Source: Spirochaetaceae bacterium (GTDB taxonomy: Bacteria > Spirochaetota > Spirochaetia > DSM-2461). Taken from it: a stretch of 64,000 bases of DNA. The notes under the pieces are model-generated. The model made no database searches and was not told where the DNA came from. It saw only the letters and a list, made by a program, of their open reading frames with translations. The stretch spans positions 2,560,001 to 2,624,000 of the forward strand of contig OZ245056.1 of the NCBI GenBank assembly GCA_965224705.1, in the 5' to 3' direction. A program made the translations under genes and the position numbers. Below are positions 30,010 through 40,293 of the stretch, piece after piece. Position 1 is the stretch's first letter; each line of letters begins with the position of its first letter.

Positions 30010-31704
30010 CTAATCCTTCGAGTATTCCAGATATTTCATTGGGTCAGACTGGAAAGCTACAATTACCGCATTTTCATTTGTTTTGTTTGAAGCATGTTTT
30101 ACTTCAACCAATAATTCAGCAGCCTTGATATTGCGGTTGTTTTTCGAAGTAATGCCTATGCGGAAATTCCTCTCTCCAACGTTTCTTTCGAGAGAACTGA
30201 GTATTGATTTTGATGTCAGTAATGCTGAATCAAGATTTTTATTGCTTTCAATAACGACGACCTGATTATCATCCAATTGGAATGTCTTCTGATTCGGAAG
30301 AAAAGCTTCCTTTATTGAATCAAAGCTGTCATCGCTGGATCGTATGAGGAACAGGGCAAGATCTTCCCCCCTGGATTCAGCTTCGGACAGTTCTGTTTCT
30401 AATTGTTCCAGTACATCTCGTTCCTCATTTGAAATGCTGTTATCTTCAGGATGAATTTCCACCGGCTCATCAAAGCTCACCGGCTCATCAAAGCTCATCG
30501 GATCATCAAGGCCTGTCGGCTCATCAAAACTCACCGGATCATCAAGGCCTGCGGGCTCATCAAAACTTACCGGGTCATCAAGGCCTGTCGGCTCATCAAA
30601 ACTCACCGGATCATCAAGGCCTGTCGGCTCATCAAAACTCACCGGATTATCAAGGCCGACCGGCTCATCAAAGCTCACCGGCTCATCAAAACTCACCGGA
30701 TCATCAAGGCCTGTCGGCTCATCAAAGCTCACCGGATCATCAAGGCCTGCAGGATCGTCAAAGCTCACCGGATCATCAAGGCCTGTCGGCTCATCAAAGC
30801 CTGCGGGATCATCAAAGCTCACCGGCTCATTAAAGCTCACCGGGTCATCAAGGTTTGCAGGATCATCAAAGCTCATCGGGTCATCAAGGTTTGCAGGATC
30901 ATCAAAACTCACCGGATCATCAAGGTTTGCAGGCTCATCAAAGCTCATCGGATCATCAAGGTTTGTGGGCTCATCAAAGCTCACCGGATCATCAAGGCCG
31001 AGCGGCGCATCAAAGCTTACCGGATCATCGAGGTCTGCAGAATCATTAAAGCTCACCGGATCATCAAAGCTTACCGGATCATCAAGATCTGCAGGATCAT
31101 CAATGCTTACAGGATCGTCAAAGTCGTCGTTCATTGAAATACTGCTGTCATCAATTGTGTCATTGACTCTCCTCTGCTTCGGACGAAGAAGGAGCAGTGC
31201 GAGTGTTATAATGAAAATCACCCCGGCCGGTATGATTATGTACAATAGAAATTTTCGTATGTCTTCATAGGTCAGGCTGACAGAAACATAGTAAGCACGC
31301 AGGCCAACCATCTCTTTAATATTCATTGGATGATGAACAACATGGTAATGCCATCTTGAAAAACCATCAAACTTGTTGGAATCGGCAATGGCACTGGATT
31401 TAAATTCATCCATAACTGGTTGAATAACACTGAACCGCAGTCCATCATCCAGGGAGTATACTTGAACTGCTACAAGCAATGGGTTATTTTTTATGAGATT
31501 TCTTGCGTATTCAACTTCCGCCTCAATATCCCGTCGTTCGATGAGTAATTCTGACAGGTATTGGGTATACCGGGTTGAATCCTCAGTCATTTTCATCATT
31601 CTTGTATTTCTTAAGTTGTAGACTTCCCGGGAAATGTAAGCGATGATGCAAAAAAGTAAAATCAGAGCCAGTATGGTGTATACTGTTGAGAATGATTTCT
31701 TCAT
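30010..31704 (-). CDS. Two-TM membrane protein with acidic tandem-repeat linker and degenerate GGDEF-like C-terminus
   Basis: Start ATG 31704; TM-periplasmic-TM; ~220 aa of (L)DDPVSF/DEPxG repeats; C-terminus LETELSEAES..LALFLI..IGIT..LLVEV resembles a cyclase-like fold without the GGDEF motif. Confidence 0.7.
   Translation of the reverse strand: MKKSFSTVYTILALILLFCIIAYISREVYNLRNTRMMKMTEDSTRYTQYLSELLIERRDIEAEVEYARNLIKNNPLLVAVQVYSLDDGLRFSVIQPVMDEFKSSAIADSNKFDGFSRWHYHVVHHPMNIKEMVGLRAYYVSVSLTYEDIRKFLLYIIIPAGVIFIITLALLLLRPKQRRVNDTIDDSSISMNDDFDDPVSIDDPADLDDPVSFDDPVSFNDSADLDDPVSFDAPLGLDDPVSFDEPTNLDDPMSFDEPANLDDPVSFDDPANLDDPMSFDDPANLDDPVSFNEPVSFDDPAGFDEPTGLDDPVSFDDPAGLDDPVSFDEPTGLDDPVSFDEPVSFDEPVGLDNPVSFDEPTGLDDPVSFDEPTGLDDPVSFDEPAGLDDPVSFDEPTGLDDPMSFDEPVSFDEPVEIHPEDNSISNEERDVLEQLETELSEAESRGEDLALFLIRSSDDSFDSIKEAFLPNQKTFQLDDNQVVVIESNKNLDSALLTSKSILSSLERNVGERNFRIGITSKNNRNIKAAELLVEVKHASNKTNENAVIVAFQSDPMKYLEYSKD
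30461..31129. repeat. Coding minisatellite, 18-nt/36-nt units
   Basis: Recurrent TCATCAAAGCTCACCGG(A/C) and TCATCAAGGCCTG(T/C)CGGC units. Confidence 0.95.
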
Positions 31705-31736
31705 GATATCTATTGTATAATGAATGGGGTGTATTG

Positions 31737-32561
31737 TTGAAGATCCGAAATCGAAAATTATCAAAAGGATGGTATCCTGATTCAAAAAATGATATAGAGG
31801 ACTTACTTGCTGGTATGAGATCCTCCCGGGGAAATGAAGATGTACTTGCCGGCGTTGTACCGCATGCCGGCTGGATTTACTGTGGTTCAATAATGGCAGA
31901 TGTTCTTCTCAGGCTGCCGGATGATGTTGAAACGGTGATTGTGCTGGGCGGGCACAATCCTCCTGGAGGAGCATTTATTTCCTATCACTACGATCAATGG
32001 AATACACCAACAGGATCGCACCCGGTCGACAGTGAGTTTGTACGGCGTGTCGAAGAGTCCTTTGAAGAGAAGTTTGTTGATGAAAGATTGGCCGATAACA
32101 CAGTTGAAGTCGTTATGGTCATGGCACTGGCCCTCAAACCCGGGCTCAGATGGTCTGCATGGAGGGTCCCTTCAGATAATCGGGCTCTAAGCTTTGGAAA
32201 AACACTCGCAGGAATAGCTTCTGAATCTGATCGGCGGATTGCGGTTGTCGGCTCAACAGATCTGACACATTATGGGAAATCTTATGGATTGATCACAGAC
32301 GAAACTCTTAACACACCGATTCAATGGGTCAAAGACCGGGATTCAAGCATCCTTGAGGCATTGGTCAATTTTGAAGGGAAAAAAGCATTGACACTGGCCG
32401 TTGAGGATCAATGTGCCTGTTCAGGGGGAGGCGCTGTTGCTGCAATGAGTTATGCATACAACTGCGGTGCAAGAAGGGGGCGAGTTCTCTCATACGGCAC
32501 GAGTTTTGATGTTTCTCCAGGAGATTCTTTTGTTGGCTATGCTGGAGTTGTATGGGAGTGA
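31737..32561 (+). CDS. amrB: AmmeMemoRadiSam system protein B (MEMO1 family)
   Basis: GWYP, VVPHAGWIYCG, DNTVEV, GSTDLTHYG, ACSGG, SFVGYA. TTG start uncertain. Confidence 0.88.
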   Translation: MKIRNRKLSKGWYPDSKNDIEDLLAGMRSSRGNEDVLAGVVPHAGWIYCGSIMADVLLRLPDDVETVIVLGGHNPPGGAFISYHYDQWNTPTGSHPVDSEFVRRVEESFEEKFVDERLADNTVEVVMVMALALKPGLRWSAWRVPSDNRALSFGKTLAGIASESDRRIAVVGSTDLTHYGKSYGLITDETLNTPIQWVKDRDSSILEALVNFEGKKALTLAVEDQCACSGGGAVAAMSYAYNCGARRGRVLSYGTSFDVSPGDSFVGYAGVVWE

Positions 32562-34213
32562 TTTGTCCGGGAGAGAACTCTGCTGACACGATTCAATGTC
32601 CATTGGCGTGCCGATTCCAGTGCTGCAGTACCATCCTTTGAGCTATTCTGGAACGCTGCTGCAGCGGGGAGTAATGTGGTCCAGGCCTGCCTGATTTCAG
32701 GTTTCAGTCCTTCCAGATAATCCTGCCGTGATCCCCTCATGGGAGGTAATCTTTCCAGATGATTCTGGTACCTGGTAAGAAAGTCCTTCCATCCTGATTG
32801 AACCGGGCCAACAGTTGGAATTGATGCGATATGAGAATGCCGGGGAAGGACTGCCTTTTTTTGATGAATGGGTACTCCATTGCCTGGTTCTGATAGGAAC
32901 TGGCAGTTCATTGTGTTGATGACCGATTCCAGTTCTTCTCTGTAGTGATCCATCGTTTTTGTTCGCCACCTCCAACCGGCCCCTGTTTTTTCCCGTTCCG
33001 GTTGACCAGCCGCAATGAATTTCCAGAAATACGATTCTGATCCCGCAGTGCGTGTGGAAATTGATTGGAAATGAGGATAAATATACGTTCCCTGAGCATA
33101 AGGACGTCCATCAGGATATGAGAAATCCCCACCCAGAAGAATGACTTCCTCCGTCCCCGCAATATCAGCAAATGAGACCGCTGCGTGAGTCACATTGCCG
33201 CCAGAGATATCAAGAATTGGAAAAGCACGATAGAATTGGTTAATGTATAAGGAAAATGGGTGACCACTGGAATAGAAGAGTATTCTATCAGTGAGACGGG
33301 TGAGTATGGGAGGGGAGGCCAGATCAAGTAAAAGTATTGTTTCCTCTGGCAGACGTTTAAAGAAATGCTGGGAACTGATAATCTGGCAGTCAATGGAAAG
33401 CACTATATCCGGAGCAATACCGGCGGAAATCAAAACAGGGAGGGAGGTATCGGTTGCCAGTAATGCTGTTCCATTTTTTTTTAGTTGACGAATGCGGGGA
33501 AGTTGGGCTTGAAGAGATGGACCGGCAGCCGTGATGCACAACTTTCCGGCTGGAGGCAGCATGCAGAAAACCTCTTCACTTCTTCTAATATTTGTGATCG
33601 TATGAACAAACCATCGGCGGCCAAATCGAGATTGAACGGAGTAATCTCTTCCCAAAGTTTCCGACAGACCCCTTACAGATTTCGCCATGTCGGCAAACCA
33701 TTGAGGTTCGGCATCCCATCTTGTTCTCAAGCTTATACTTCCAAGATTTCCGTACAGTACTGGAAGGTACCGATCCAATACAATCTTTGCCAATTCATCC
33801 GGGGTAGAATCAACCAGGAGTATTACCCTGGAATCCAGAAAGAGTTGTGTTAAATCAATCGTTTCAAGAATTTGTCGAATAAGAGCTGCATCTTTCTCAA
33901 CAATAATCAGTCCGGTCGTATTGTTGTTCTGGAGCAGGGGGACCAGATGATAGCCTCCACCCATACCAAAGGCTATTAAAAACCCCCGGGGTGCTTCCGC
34001 TGCGATACGTTTGCCTTCGTTTTCTGGATCAAAGCGGGAATGCATGGGATACGGCCGTCCATTGCGGCTGAGAATTGGTACAGGATGTCCACTTCGCGAG
34101 GTAATGAATTCGAGATTGTGATTTTTTGAACCATGGGGGAACTCTGAGAACGGATGAGAGCACCTTGTTCCGAGGGCAAGGAGGTTGCGGTTCAATGTGC
34201 TATTTTCGTTCAT
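32537..34213 (-). CDS. Maf/DUF115 (motility-associated factor) family protein
   Basis: HSRFDP, GMGGGYH, AAGPSL, ATDTS, PDIVLSIDCQ, GGNVTH, LGGDFSY. Confidence 0.85.
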   Translation of the reverse strand: MNENSTLNRNLLALGTRCSHPFSEFPHGSKNHNLEFITSRSGHPVPILSRNGRPYPMHSRFDPENEGKRIAAEAPRGFLIAFGMGGGYHLVPLLQNNNTTGLIIVEKDAALIRQILETIDLTQLFLDSRVILLVDSTPDELAKIVLDRYLPVLYGNLGSISLRTRWDAEPQWFADMAKSVRGLSETLGRDYSVQSRFGRRWFVHTITNIRRSEEVFCMLPPAGKLCITAAGPSLQAQLPRIRQLKKNGTALLATDTSLPVLISAGIAPDIVLSIDCQIISSQHFFKRLPEETILLLDLASPPILTRLTDRILFYSSGHPFSLYINQFYRAFPILDISGGNVTHAAVSFADIAGTEEVILLGGDFSYPDGRPYAQGTYIYPHFQSISTRTAGSESYFWKFIAAGQPEREKTGAGWRWRTKTMDHYREELESVINTMNCQFLSEPGNGVPIHQKKAVLPRHSHIASIPTVGPVQSGWKDFLTRYQNHLERLPPMRGSRQDYLEGLKPEIRQAWTTLLPAAAAFQNSSKDGTAALESARQWTLNRVSRVLSRTNHSHTTPA

Positions 34214-35717
34214 ACGACTGCAGCATCTCCTGTAGAATCCTCCTTACTTTATTCTTCTGAGCTGTCCAATGATGCTCTGATGCTGTGCCAGATCGAATAA
34301 TATCCAATACACCGCCTGGATCAAGAGTGTAGAGAATATCACTGGGCATTGTGCTGACCCGGCTCCATTGATCAAGCAATTGACAGATCCATGTTTTCCG
34401 GTCTTTATATGGAATGGGCACCGGTTTCCTGTGGAATTCCAATGTTCGTACTCTGTCAAAATTCTTAAAAACAGATGAGTTCACATTCCTGACATCTTTG
34501 AAATTGTTCGGATATTGACAGTGATTATCAGAAATCAATCGGTATACAGGTCGTCTGAATGAGGTGTCATTGAACCAGTCCGCATAGGTTTTCAATGCAA
34601 ATCCTGTCCTCAATCGACCGATTCGTTCGGGGACGGTTTTCCGGGCAATAGTCCATTGGGTTGTCAGTGCCGGCATTGTGCGGTTCACTCTGGAAGAAAA
34701 CCATCCATCAAATCCATGAGGTCTTACATGGCTTCTGAGGTCATACCAGCATAGATCCAGACCGGTGAGAACAAGGGGACCACTGCATATCTGACGCCAG
34801 GTTTCTATCGCACTGATGGCCACTGTACCTGCCAGGGGAATTTCGATTGCAGGCCAGTCGTTTCCAGTCAGCAGGGAATTCTCTCCAATAGTTTTTTGAT
34901 TGAGAAGAATGGGGGGAGGGGAATTCTCAGGTATGGGAGATGCTGTCAGCGGCATCGCGACAGGAATGTCCCTTGAAAAATAGCGTCCGTGTAAACGGGC
35001 CCAGCAGCCTGGATCCGTTGAAAACACCAGGTCGGGTTTGATATTCATTCTTTTCAAAGCTGGTAGTGACGATGGAAGAGCCCATAGATTGAATTGAGAT
35101 CGGTATTTTGATAGTGTCTGTAAATGATCTTCCAGCGAGGGTCCAGAAGCCGCAATAACTGTTGCGCCATTTACTCTGGAAGGAATGGTTAAGTGATTGA
35201 TGTTCAGGTAGTTGCGCAGTGAATTCTTAATCCACAACCTTCCGAAAACGGCTGTTGTTGTGATGTTGCCGGTATATCGTCTGATGACGGTGGAAATGGC
35301 ATCGGATACCTTTCGAGCCATATCGGGTGCTGTTTGAATCGATGCTGGCCAATCGATTATCTGCATACCTGGGAGGTCTGTTTCACTGATCGCATCAAAC
35401 AGGAAGTTTACGATGTTTTTTTTCCCCTCCGGAAACCACCGCATGACGGACATTTTTTTGCTTATATGGTGATTATAAAGTTCCTGGATGAGATGCAGTG
35501 CAATTATTCTGAGATCAGGCCGTTTTTCTGCCAGAATTGAATCAAGATAGCCAAGACTGGCTCCCAGGATTATAACCGTTCCATTTTGACGGAATGAGTT
35601 CATCCTCAATTCCAGGAATTTCAAAGCTTCTTTCGGTGGATTATAGGCTGAATGTATTCGAAATGCACCAATACTTGCGGTTAATGGCCCGGTTTTGGAT
35701 GGATAAAGGGATATCAC
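34200..35717 (-). CDS. Maf/DUF115 family protein (second paralogue)
   Basis: IHSAYNP, FGRLWIKNSLRN, ASGPSL, PDLVFSTDPG, GTVA, GLDL. Confidence 0.85.
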   Translation of the reverse strand: MISLYPSKTGPLTASIGAFRIHSAYNPPKEALKFLELRMNSFRQNGTVIILGASLGYLDSILAEKRPDLRIIALHLIQELYNHHISKKMSVMRWFPEGKKNIVNFLFDAISETDLPGMQIIDWPASIQTAPDMARKVSDAISTVIRRYTGNITTTAVFGRLWIKNSLRNYLNINHLTIPSRVNGATVIAASGPSLEDHLQTLSKYRSQFNLWALPSSLPALKRMNIKPDLVFSTDPGCWARLHGRYFSRDIPVAMPLTASPIPENSPPPILLNQKTIGENSLLTGNDWPAIEIPLAGTVAISAIETWRQICSGPLVLTGLDLCWYDLRSHVRPHGFDGWFSSRVNRTMPALTTQWTIARKTVPERIGRLRTGFALKTYADWFNDTSFRRPVYRLISDNHCQYPNNFKDVRNVNSSVFKNFDRVRTLEFHRKPVPIPYKDRKTWICQLLDQWSRVSTMPSDILYTLDPGGVLDIIRSGTASEHHWTAQKNKVRRILQEMLQSYERK

Positions 35718-36826
35718 TCAAGTTGTGTAGAACCATTGGGATGGATTCCAAACTCCTCCAGCAGCTTGTTATAGGTTCTATACTGAGAGCTGTTGGTCAT
35801 TTCCTCCAGTTTATTCTCGGGTAATGCACCGAAAAGCTGCGTCATGTAAGTCAGCATTTCTTTTACTTCATCCTGACTGAACGTTCTGGGAGGTTCATTC
35901 GCTGGTATATCACCGATATCGTCAATATCAGGTAGATCGAAAGACTCACTCAGTGTCATTTCGTCTGCATCAGCCATACTGGATTCATCAGGACTCTTTA
36001 GAGTGGAGTCAGAAAGATTGAATTCGGACATGAAATCAACTTCATCGGCAGAGGATTCTTCTACGGAATCAAAGGAAATAATGTCCTCTGTATCATCTGT
36101 AGAATCCAGGCCGGGATCAGGAACCGCTTCCATAGATGAATTGTCATTGATTTCATCGGGAGAAATCTCATCAATACTGACAACTTCATTGAAGTCAGAT
36201 TCCGTATCAGCAGCGTCATCCAGAATGGTCATGGCTGGATCATCTCCAGGAAGCAGGCTGTTTCCGAATTCATCTTCTCTGGTGAGATCAATGACTTCAT
36301 CATCAAAACCCGTGTCCATTTCCGTGGATGCTGCGTTTTCGGCCTCCATTTCAACGAAGTTGCAGGAGTTGAGTATATTATCCAGTTCCTCACCGATCAG
36401 GGAAATAGACTCATCATCTTCATCTTCCTCGAAGAATCCCTGAGTTTCATTATTATCAGCCTGAGTCTTCTGTGACTGCAATCCCCTGATTGCATCGTTA
36501 AGCAGGTGAATCTCTCCCTGTAGATCCTTGAGCATCTGTTCCAGATCTTTTATTCTTGAATCGTAATCAGGAGCAGATGGATCAACACTGCTGGAACTCA
36601 GTAAGGTATCAGTTGAAATGTCATCATTATCAGCCATATCGGTAATATCCAGTTCATTGTTATTTTCTTCTCTAAGAAACCCATCGTCAGTATCGGATAC
36701 AGTTGGCAGGTCGATATCTATCTCACTCTGGCTGTACATATCCGATGTATCATCGGGATTGGTTTTTACCCAGACGCCATATCGCTCAAGTTCTTGATCT
36801 GTCCGTGATTCATTGGATGTGCCCAT
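35714..36826 (-). CDS. Highly acidic hypothetical protein
   Basis: D/E-rich low-complexity middle; structured-looking ends (ELERYGVWVK; ELDNILNS; YMTQLFGALPE..YNKLLEEFGI). Confidence 0.75.
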   Translation of the reverse strand: MGTSNESRTDQELERYGVWVKTNPDDTSDMYSQSEIDIDLPTVSDTDDGFLREENNNELDITDMADNDDISTDTLLSSSSVDPSAPDYDSRIKDLEQMLKDLQGEIHLLNDAIRGLQSQKTQADNNETQGFFEEDEDDESISLIGEELDNILNSCNFVEMEAENAASTEMDTGFDDEVIDLTREDEFGNSLLPGDDPAMTILDDAADTESDFNEVVSIDEISPDEINDNSSMEAVPDPGLDSTDDTEDIISFDSVEESSADEVDFMSEFNLSDSTLKSPDESSMADADEMTLSESFDLPDIDDIGDIPANEPPRTFSQDEVKEMLTYMTQLFGALPENKLEEMTNSSQYRTYNKLLEEFGIHPNGSTQLE

Positions 36827-37082
36827 AATTACTCCCAAAAACAGTATTATCCACTATCATTATCGTAATCTATCCTCGAAAATAAATGAATTAAATCATT
36901 TCCAGGGGAAGATTCTTAAATATATACTGTATCTCGTCAATATGGAAGAGCCGAGTTCCAACCGCAGTCTGGTCTGAATACCTGATTTATCGGCTGTATA
37001 CTTTATCAGAAATTCTGTCAAAGGTTGGAAATAAATGAAATTCTCTGTAAAGAGGGAAGAGTTGATAACCGTCAATCTCATT

Positions 37083-37529
37083 ATGAGGTTGTTTTTTATA
37101 CCACTTGCACTCTATTCAGGGTTTCTTACATATATGATCTTCATGCTTTTTTTCGGGCCCAATGGTGTTTATGCGTTTGCACGATTGAATGATAATATTC
37201 AGCTGCTTGCGGAAAATATGGAGTTACTAAACAGCAGGAAAGCGGAATTGACTCAAACCCTCAATTCACTTCGCTCTGATTCGAATGAAATCAGGATTAA
37301 AGCTCGTGGAATTGGTTTGTATGAACCTGGACAGCATGTTGTTTATTTCCAGAATCTTGAGGATGTTCAGACTCTTCCCGATGCTGGTCAAGTTTTAGTG
37401 CTGGACTCAGAACGAAAGGTCGATCAAAGATTTTTCCGTATTCTCAGTTTTATCGTCAGTCTGTTGTTCTTCATTGTTGGATTTGTACTTTCCAGGGTTG
37501 GAAGTGTATCTCATCAGAAACAAACATAG
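37083..37529 (+). CDS. Septum formation initiator (FtsB/DivIC-like)
   Basis: TM, FGPNG, coiled coil, ARGIGLYEPG; extra C-terminal TM. Confidence 0.7.
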   Translation: MRLFFIPLALYSGFLTYMIFMLFFGPNGVYAFARLNDNIQLLAENMELLNSRKAELTQTLNSLRSDSNEIRIKARGIGLYEPGQHVVYFQNLEDVQTLPDAGQVLVLDSERKVDQRFFRILSFIVSLLFFIVGFVLSRVGSVSHQKQT

Positions 37530-38067
37530 CTATCATTCACTTCTGGAGTCGTTGACTGATGGACGGGTTTGTATTATGGCCTGCGATACTATTTATGGGT
37601 TTGTGGGACGATTTCCAGATACAGAGGAAAAAATTCAATCCATCAAGGGACGAAATCAACCTCTTTTAGTGCTGGTATCTGAGGTTTCCGAGTTGCTGGA
37701 TCTGGGTATCGACAATCTTGAATATCCTGCCCTTTCATTATGGCCAGGACCATATACATTTATTTTTGAAACCAAATCCTCTTCTACTATTGCCTGCCGA
37801 ATACCGGAGGATCATCGTCTTCGCTCATTGATTTCTGATGTGGGTAAGCCCCTGTATTCCACAAGTGTGAACAGGACAGGACAACCAGCAATGAACAATC
37901 CGCAGGAGATTAATGCGGAGTTTGGCAATGAGGTTGCACTGATAGAGGATTCAGGAATGCGCCTGGGACAGCTGCCATCAACAATTGTTGATTTAACATG
38001 TAATCCTCATCGCATTCTGAGGCAGGGCAGGGGGAAAGTACCTCCCCAATACCTCCAGAAGCAGTAA
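37504..38067 (+). CDS. tsaC: L-threonylcarbamoyladenylate synthase (Sua5/YrdC)
   Basis: DTIYG, IKGR, LWPGPYT, RIP, STSVN, PSTIVD, ILRQG. Confidence 0.9.
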   Translation: MYLIRNKHSYHSLLESLTDGRVCIMACDTIYGFVGRFPDTEEKIQSIKGRNQPLLVLVSEVSELLDLGIDNLEYPALSLWPGPYTFIFETKSSSTIACRIPEDHRLRSLISDVGKPLYSTSVNRTGQPAMNNPQEINAEFGNEVALIEDSGMRLGQLPSTIVDLTCNPHRILRQGRGKVPPQYLQKQ

Positions 38068-38075
38068 TGCCTGAT

Positions 38076-39065
38076 TCAGTCACTTGAAGTTAATGGGAGT
38101 CCCCTGGATTTTCTATATTCGGGGATTGTAATCATAGGCGGCCGTTCGTATTCAAGAATGTCATACTCAACGGTTTCATATTTATCATTCTGTGCCTGAA
38201 ACTGCCTGAGTATCGTTTCAAACTCTCCCTCCCATTGCAAGGTTCCTTCTTTTCTTAATCGCTTGAGAAATGACTGGAGAATTCCAAAGGACATTTTACC
38301 CAGATCCCGGGTTTCCTGATTTCTATGGACTCGTTGATCCAGGTCGGTTTGAGCAAAGGCTGTCATGCCATGAGCACGGTACACGTCGATAAGATGGCTG
38401 GTTTCCACACCATAGCCCACAGGAAATGGAATGCTCTCCAGAACGGAACGCCGCACGGCATACTCACCTGAAAGAGGCTGAATAATCCCCGTCAGTTCTG
38501 GAAAAAACAGACTGAAGAGAGGCCGGGTGAGAATCTCTGTAACCCTGCCTCCCCCGGAAGGTCTGATACTGTCGGAGAAGGCAAGTGGTCTATCGTAGAA
38601 TGCTTTGACATAACTCACCTCCGGCCGTTGTATAAGAGGTCCGATAAGTCCATAGACAAACCTTGGATGGATGTTTTTTATGTCTGCATCGATATAGACA
38701 ATGATGTCTCCTTTGAGCTGATAAATAGCCTTCCAGAGATTTTCACCCTTACCCCGTTTGAATCCTAAATCCGGCAGAATCTCGATAGAAAGGTATGTAT
38801 CGGCATTGAAACTTGCTGCGACCTCAAGAGTGCGGTCCTCACTGCCTGAGTCGATTATGGCTATTTCATCCAGCAGGGGGTAACGATTCATCAGCTCAGA
38901 TTTAAAAATGATGATTTCCTTGCCAATTGTGTGTTCTTCATTCAAAGTGGGGATGCACAGGGAAATGGTCAATCCGGATTTTTCTTTCTCCTCGACAAGG
39001 TTTTTCAAGTCAGAAAATGCAGAATGATGATAGGTATTCTCTTTGATCCATTTGTTAAGATTCAT
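38076..39065 (-). CDS. gpgS: Glucosyl-3-phosphoglycerate synthase (GT81)
   Basis: IPTLNEE, DSGSED, GKGENLW, DAD, VKAFYDRP, GGRVTE, QPLSGEY, GYGVE. Confidence 0.9.
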   Translation of the reverse strand: MNLNKWIKENTYHHSAFSDLKNLVEEKEKSGLTISLCIPTLNEEHTIGKEIIIFKSELMNRYPLLDEIAIIDSGSEDRTLEVAASFNADTYLSIEILPDLGFKRGKGENLWKAIYQLKGDIIVYIDADIKNIHPRFVYGLIGPLIQRPEVSYVKAFYDRPLAFSDSIRPSGGGRVTEILTRPLFSLFFPELTGIIQPLSGEYAVRRSVLESIPFPVGYGVETSHLIDVYRAHGMTAFAQTDLDQRVHRNQETRDLGKMSFGILQSFLKRLRKEGTLQWEGEFETILRQFQAQNDKYETVEYDILEYERPPMITIPEYRKSRGLPLTSSD

Positions 39066-40224
39066 TGGAACACCCCATATCTATGGCCTTGAGTAATGAG
39101 ACAAATTGAGCCAGACCCTTACTGATAGGTTCAATATCAACGGATTCGTTTTCTTCTCCAGAATTTTCCCCGTTGGTAAGTCCGATGGTAATAGCTGGTA
39201 TTCCCCGGTCGATAAGAGCTGCAACTTCTGAAGTACTGGGTATCACTCTTGGTGCAATTCCCAGACTTTTCAAGATTTCCCGGGCAGTTGTGTTCAGGGG
39301 ATGGGAGAATTCTGTTCCGCCCGGCTTTCTTCGTGCTATTTCCTCAAACTGAACAAAAGCTCCGGTTTTTGATGTCATTTCTTCGGCAAGATTTTTTATT
39401 CTCAGGGCCAGATCGGAGACAATTTCCTCCGATTCGCTCCGTATTTCCATTCTTAATCTGGCCTTGGTAGGCAGGGTATTATAGGAAGTTCCTGCTTCTA
39501 TCTGTCCCAGAAGAATACTGGTTTTGGGTTTACTCGGTAAGGGAATTTCAAGGATTCTGTTGACCATGTCGTTCATGTCAACAATGGCACCAACAGAATT
39601 GAATTTTGTCCAGTCATACCTTTCAGGAATACTGTATGACAGGGTTCCCCTCAGCATGCCGATAGATGAGAAACTCAAACGTCCTATCCGTATACCTTCC
39701 AGGCAGACGGCAGCATGGAAAGTCCGTTGATAATTATCAAGAACAAAGCTGATGCCCTCCAGATCCCCGGGGCCCAGGCTTCGGGAACTGCCCAGTAGAA
39801 CGAGGTTGGCTTCAAACTCCATCTTCACACAGTCTAGAATTACCGGCAGTGATCCCAGAATGGCAAGACCGAGGCTGTTATCGCTGATACCGGGACCTAT
39901 CATCTGTGTTGGTTCCAGAGTCACTGTGTGATCAACAGTCTGGTCGAAAAGAGTGTCCAGATGAGCTGTTACCAGAATATCTCTGTCGCCGACGGAACCG
40001 GGAATGATTCCCAGAGCATTATCCTTTTCATCGACGGATGCGTTCAGCATTTCCAGGTCACTGAATCGGTCAGCCAGGAAATGAGCTCTGTTTTTTTCAT
40101 AGAATGTCGGTGATGGAATTTCATTGATCATGACAGCCGTGGAAAGGATGATTTCTCTGATGTTCTCAAGTTGTTTGAGATAGCCAGGTAGAGAATCAAG
40201 AATTGAATTGATATCGAAGTGCAT
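39055..40224 (-). CDS. M20/M25/M40 family metallo-hydrolase
   Basis: PSPTFYE, AHLDT, GPGISDN, dimerisation domain, GIPAITIG. Some metal ligands look substituted. Confidence 0.75.
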   Translation of the reverse strand: MHFDINSILDSLPGYLKQLENIREIILSTAVMINEIPSPTFYEKNRAHFLADRFSDLEMLNASVDEKDNALGIIPGSVGDRDILVTAHLDTLFDQTVDHTVTLEPTQMIGPGISDNSLGLAILGSLPVILDCVKMEFEANLVLLGSSRSLGPGDLEGISFVLDNYQRTFHAAVCLEGIRIGRLSFSSIGMLRGTLSYSIPERYDWTKFNSVGAIVDMNDMVNRILEIPLPSKPKTSILLGQIEAGTSYNTLPTKARLRMEIRSESEEIVSDLALRIKNLAEEMTSKTGAFVQFEEIARRKPGGTEFSHPLNTTAREILKSLGIAPRVIPSTSEVAALIDRGIPAITIGLTNGENSGEENESVDIEPISKGLAQFVSLLKAIDMGCSNES

Positions 40225-40293
40225 GAAATGAGTATACCTTAATTCTCATAGAGATGAAACACCCGGAAGGAATCATCTTTCGGTGTCCGTTGA

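Noticed and set aside
30461..31129. Possible CRISPR array
   Set aside because: Contiguous tandem units without unique spacers, in frame within a CDS; no cas genes.
30429..31270. Plus-strand repetitive ORFs (IKAHRI.., HQSSP..)
   Set aside because: Antisense shadows of the stop-poor coding minisatellite; no RBS or independent features.
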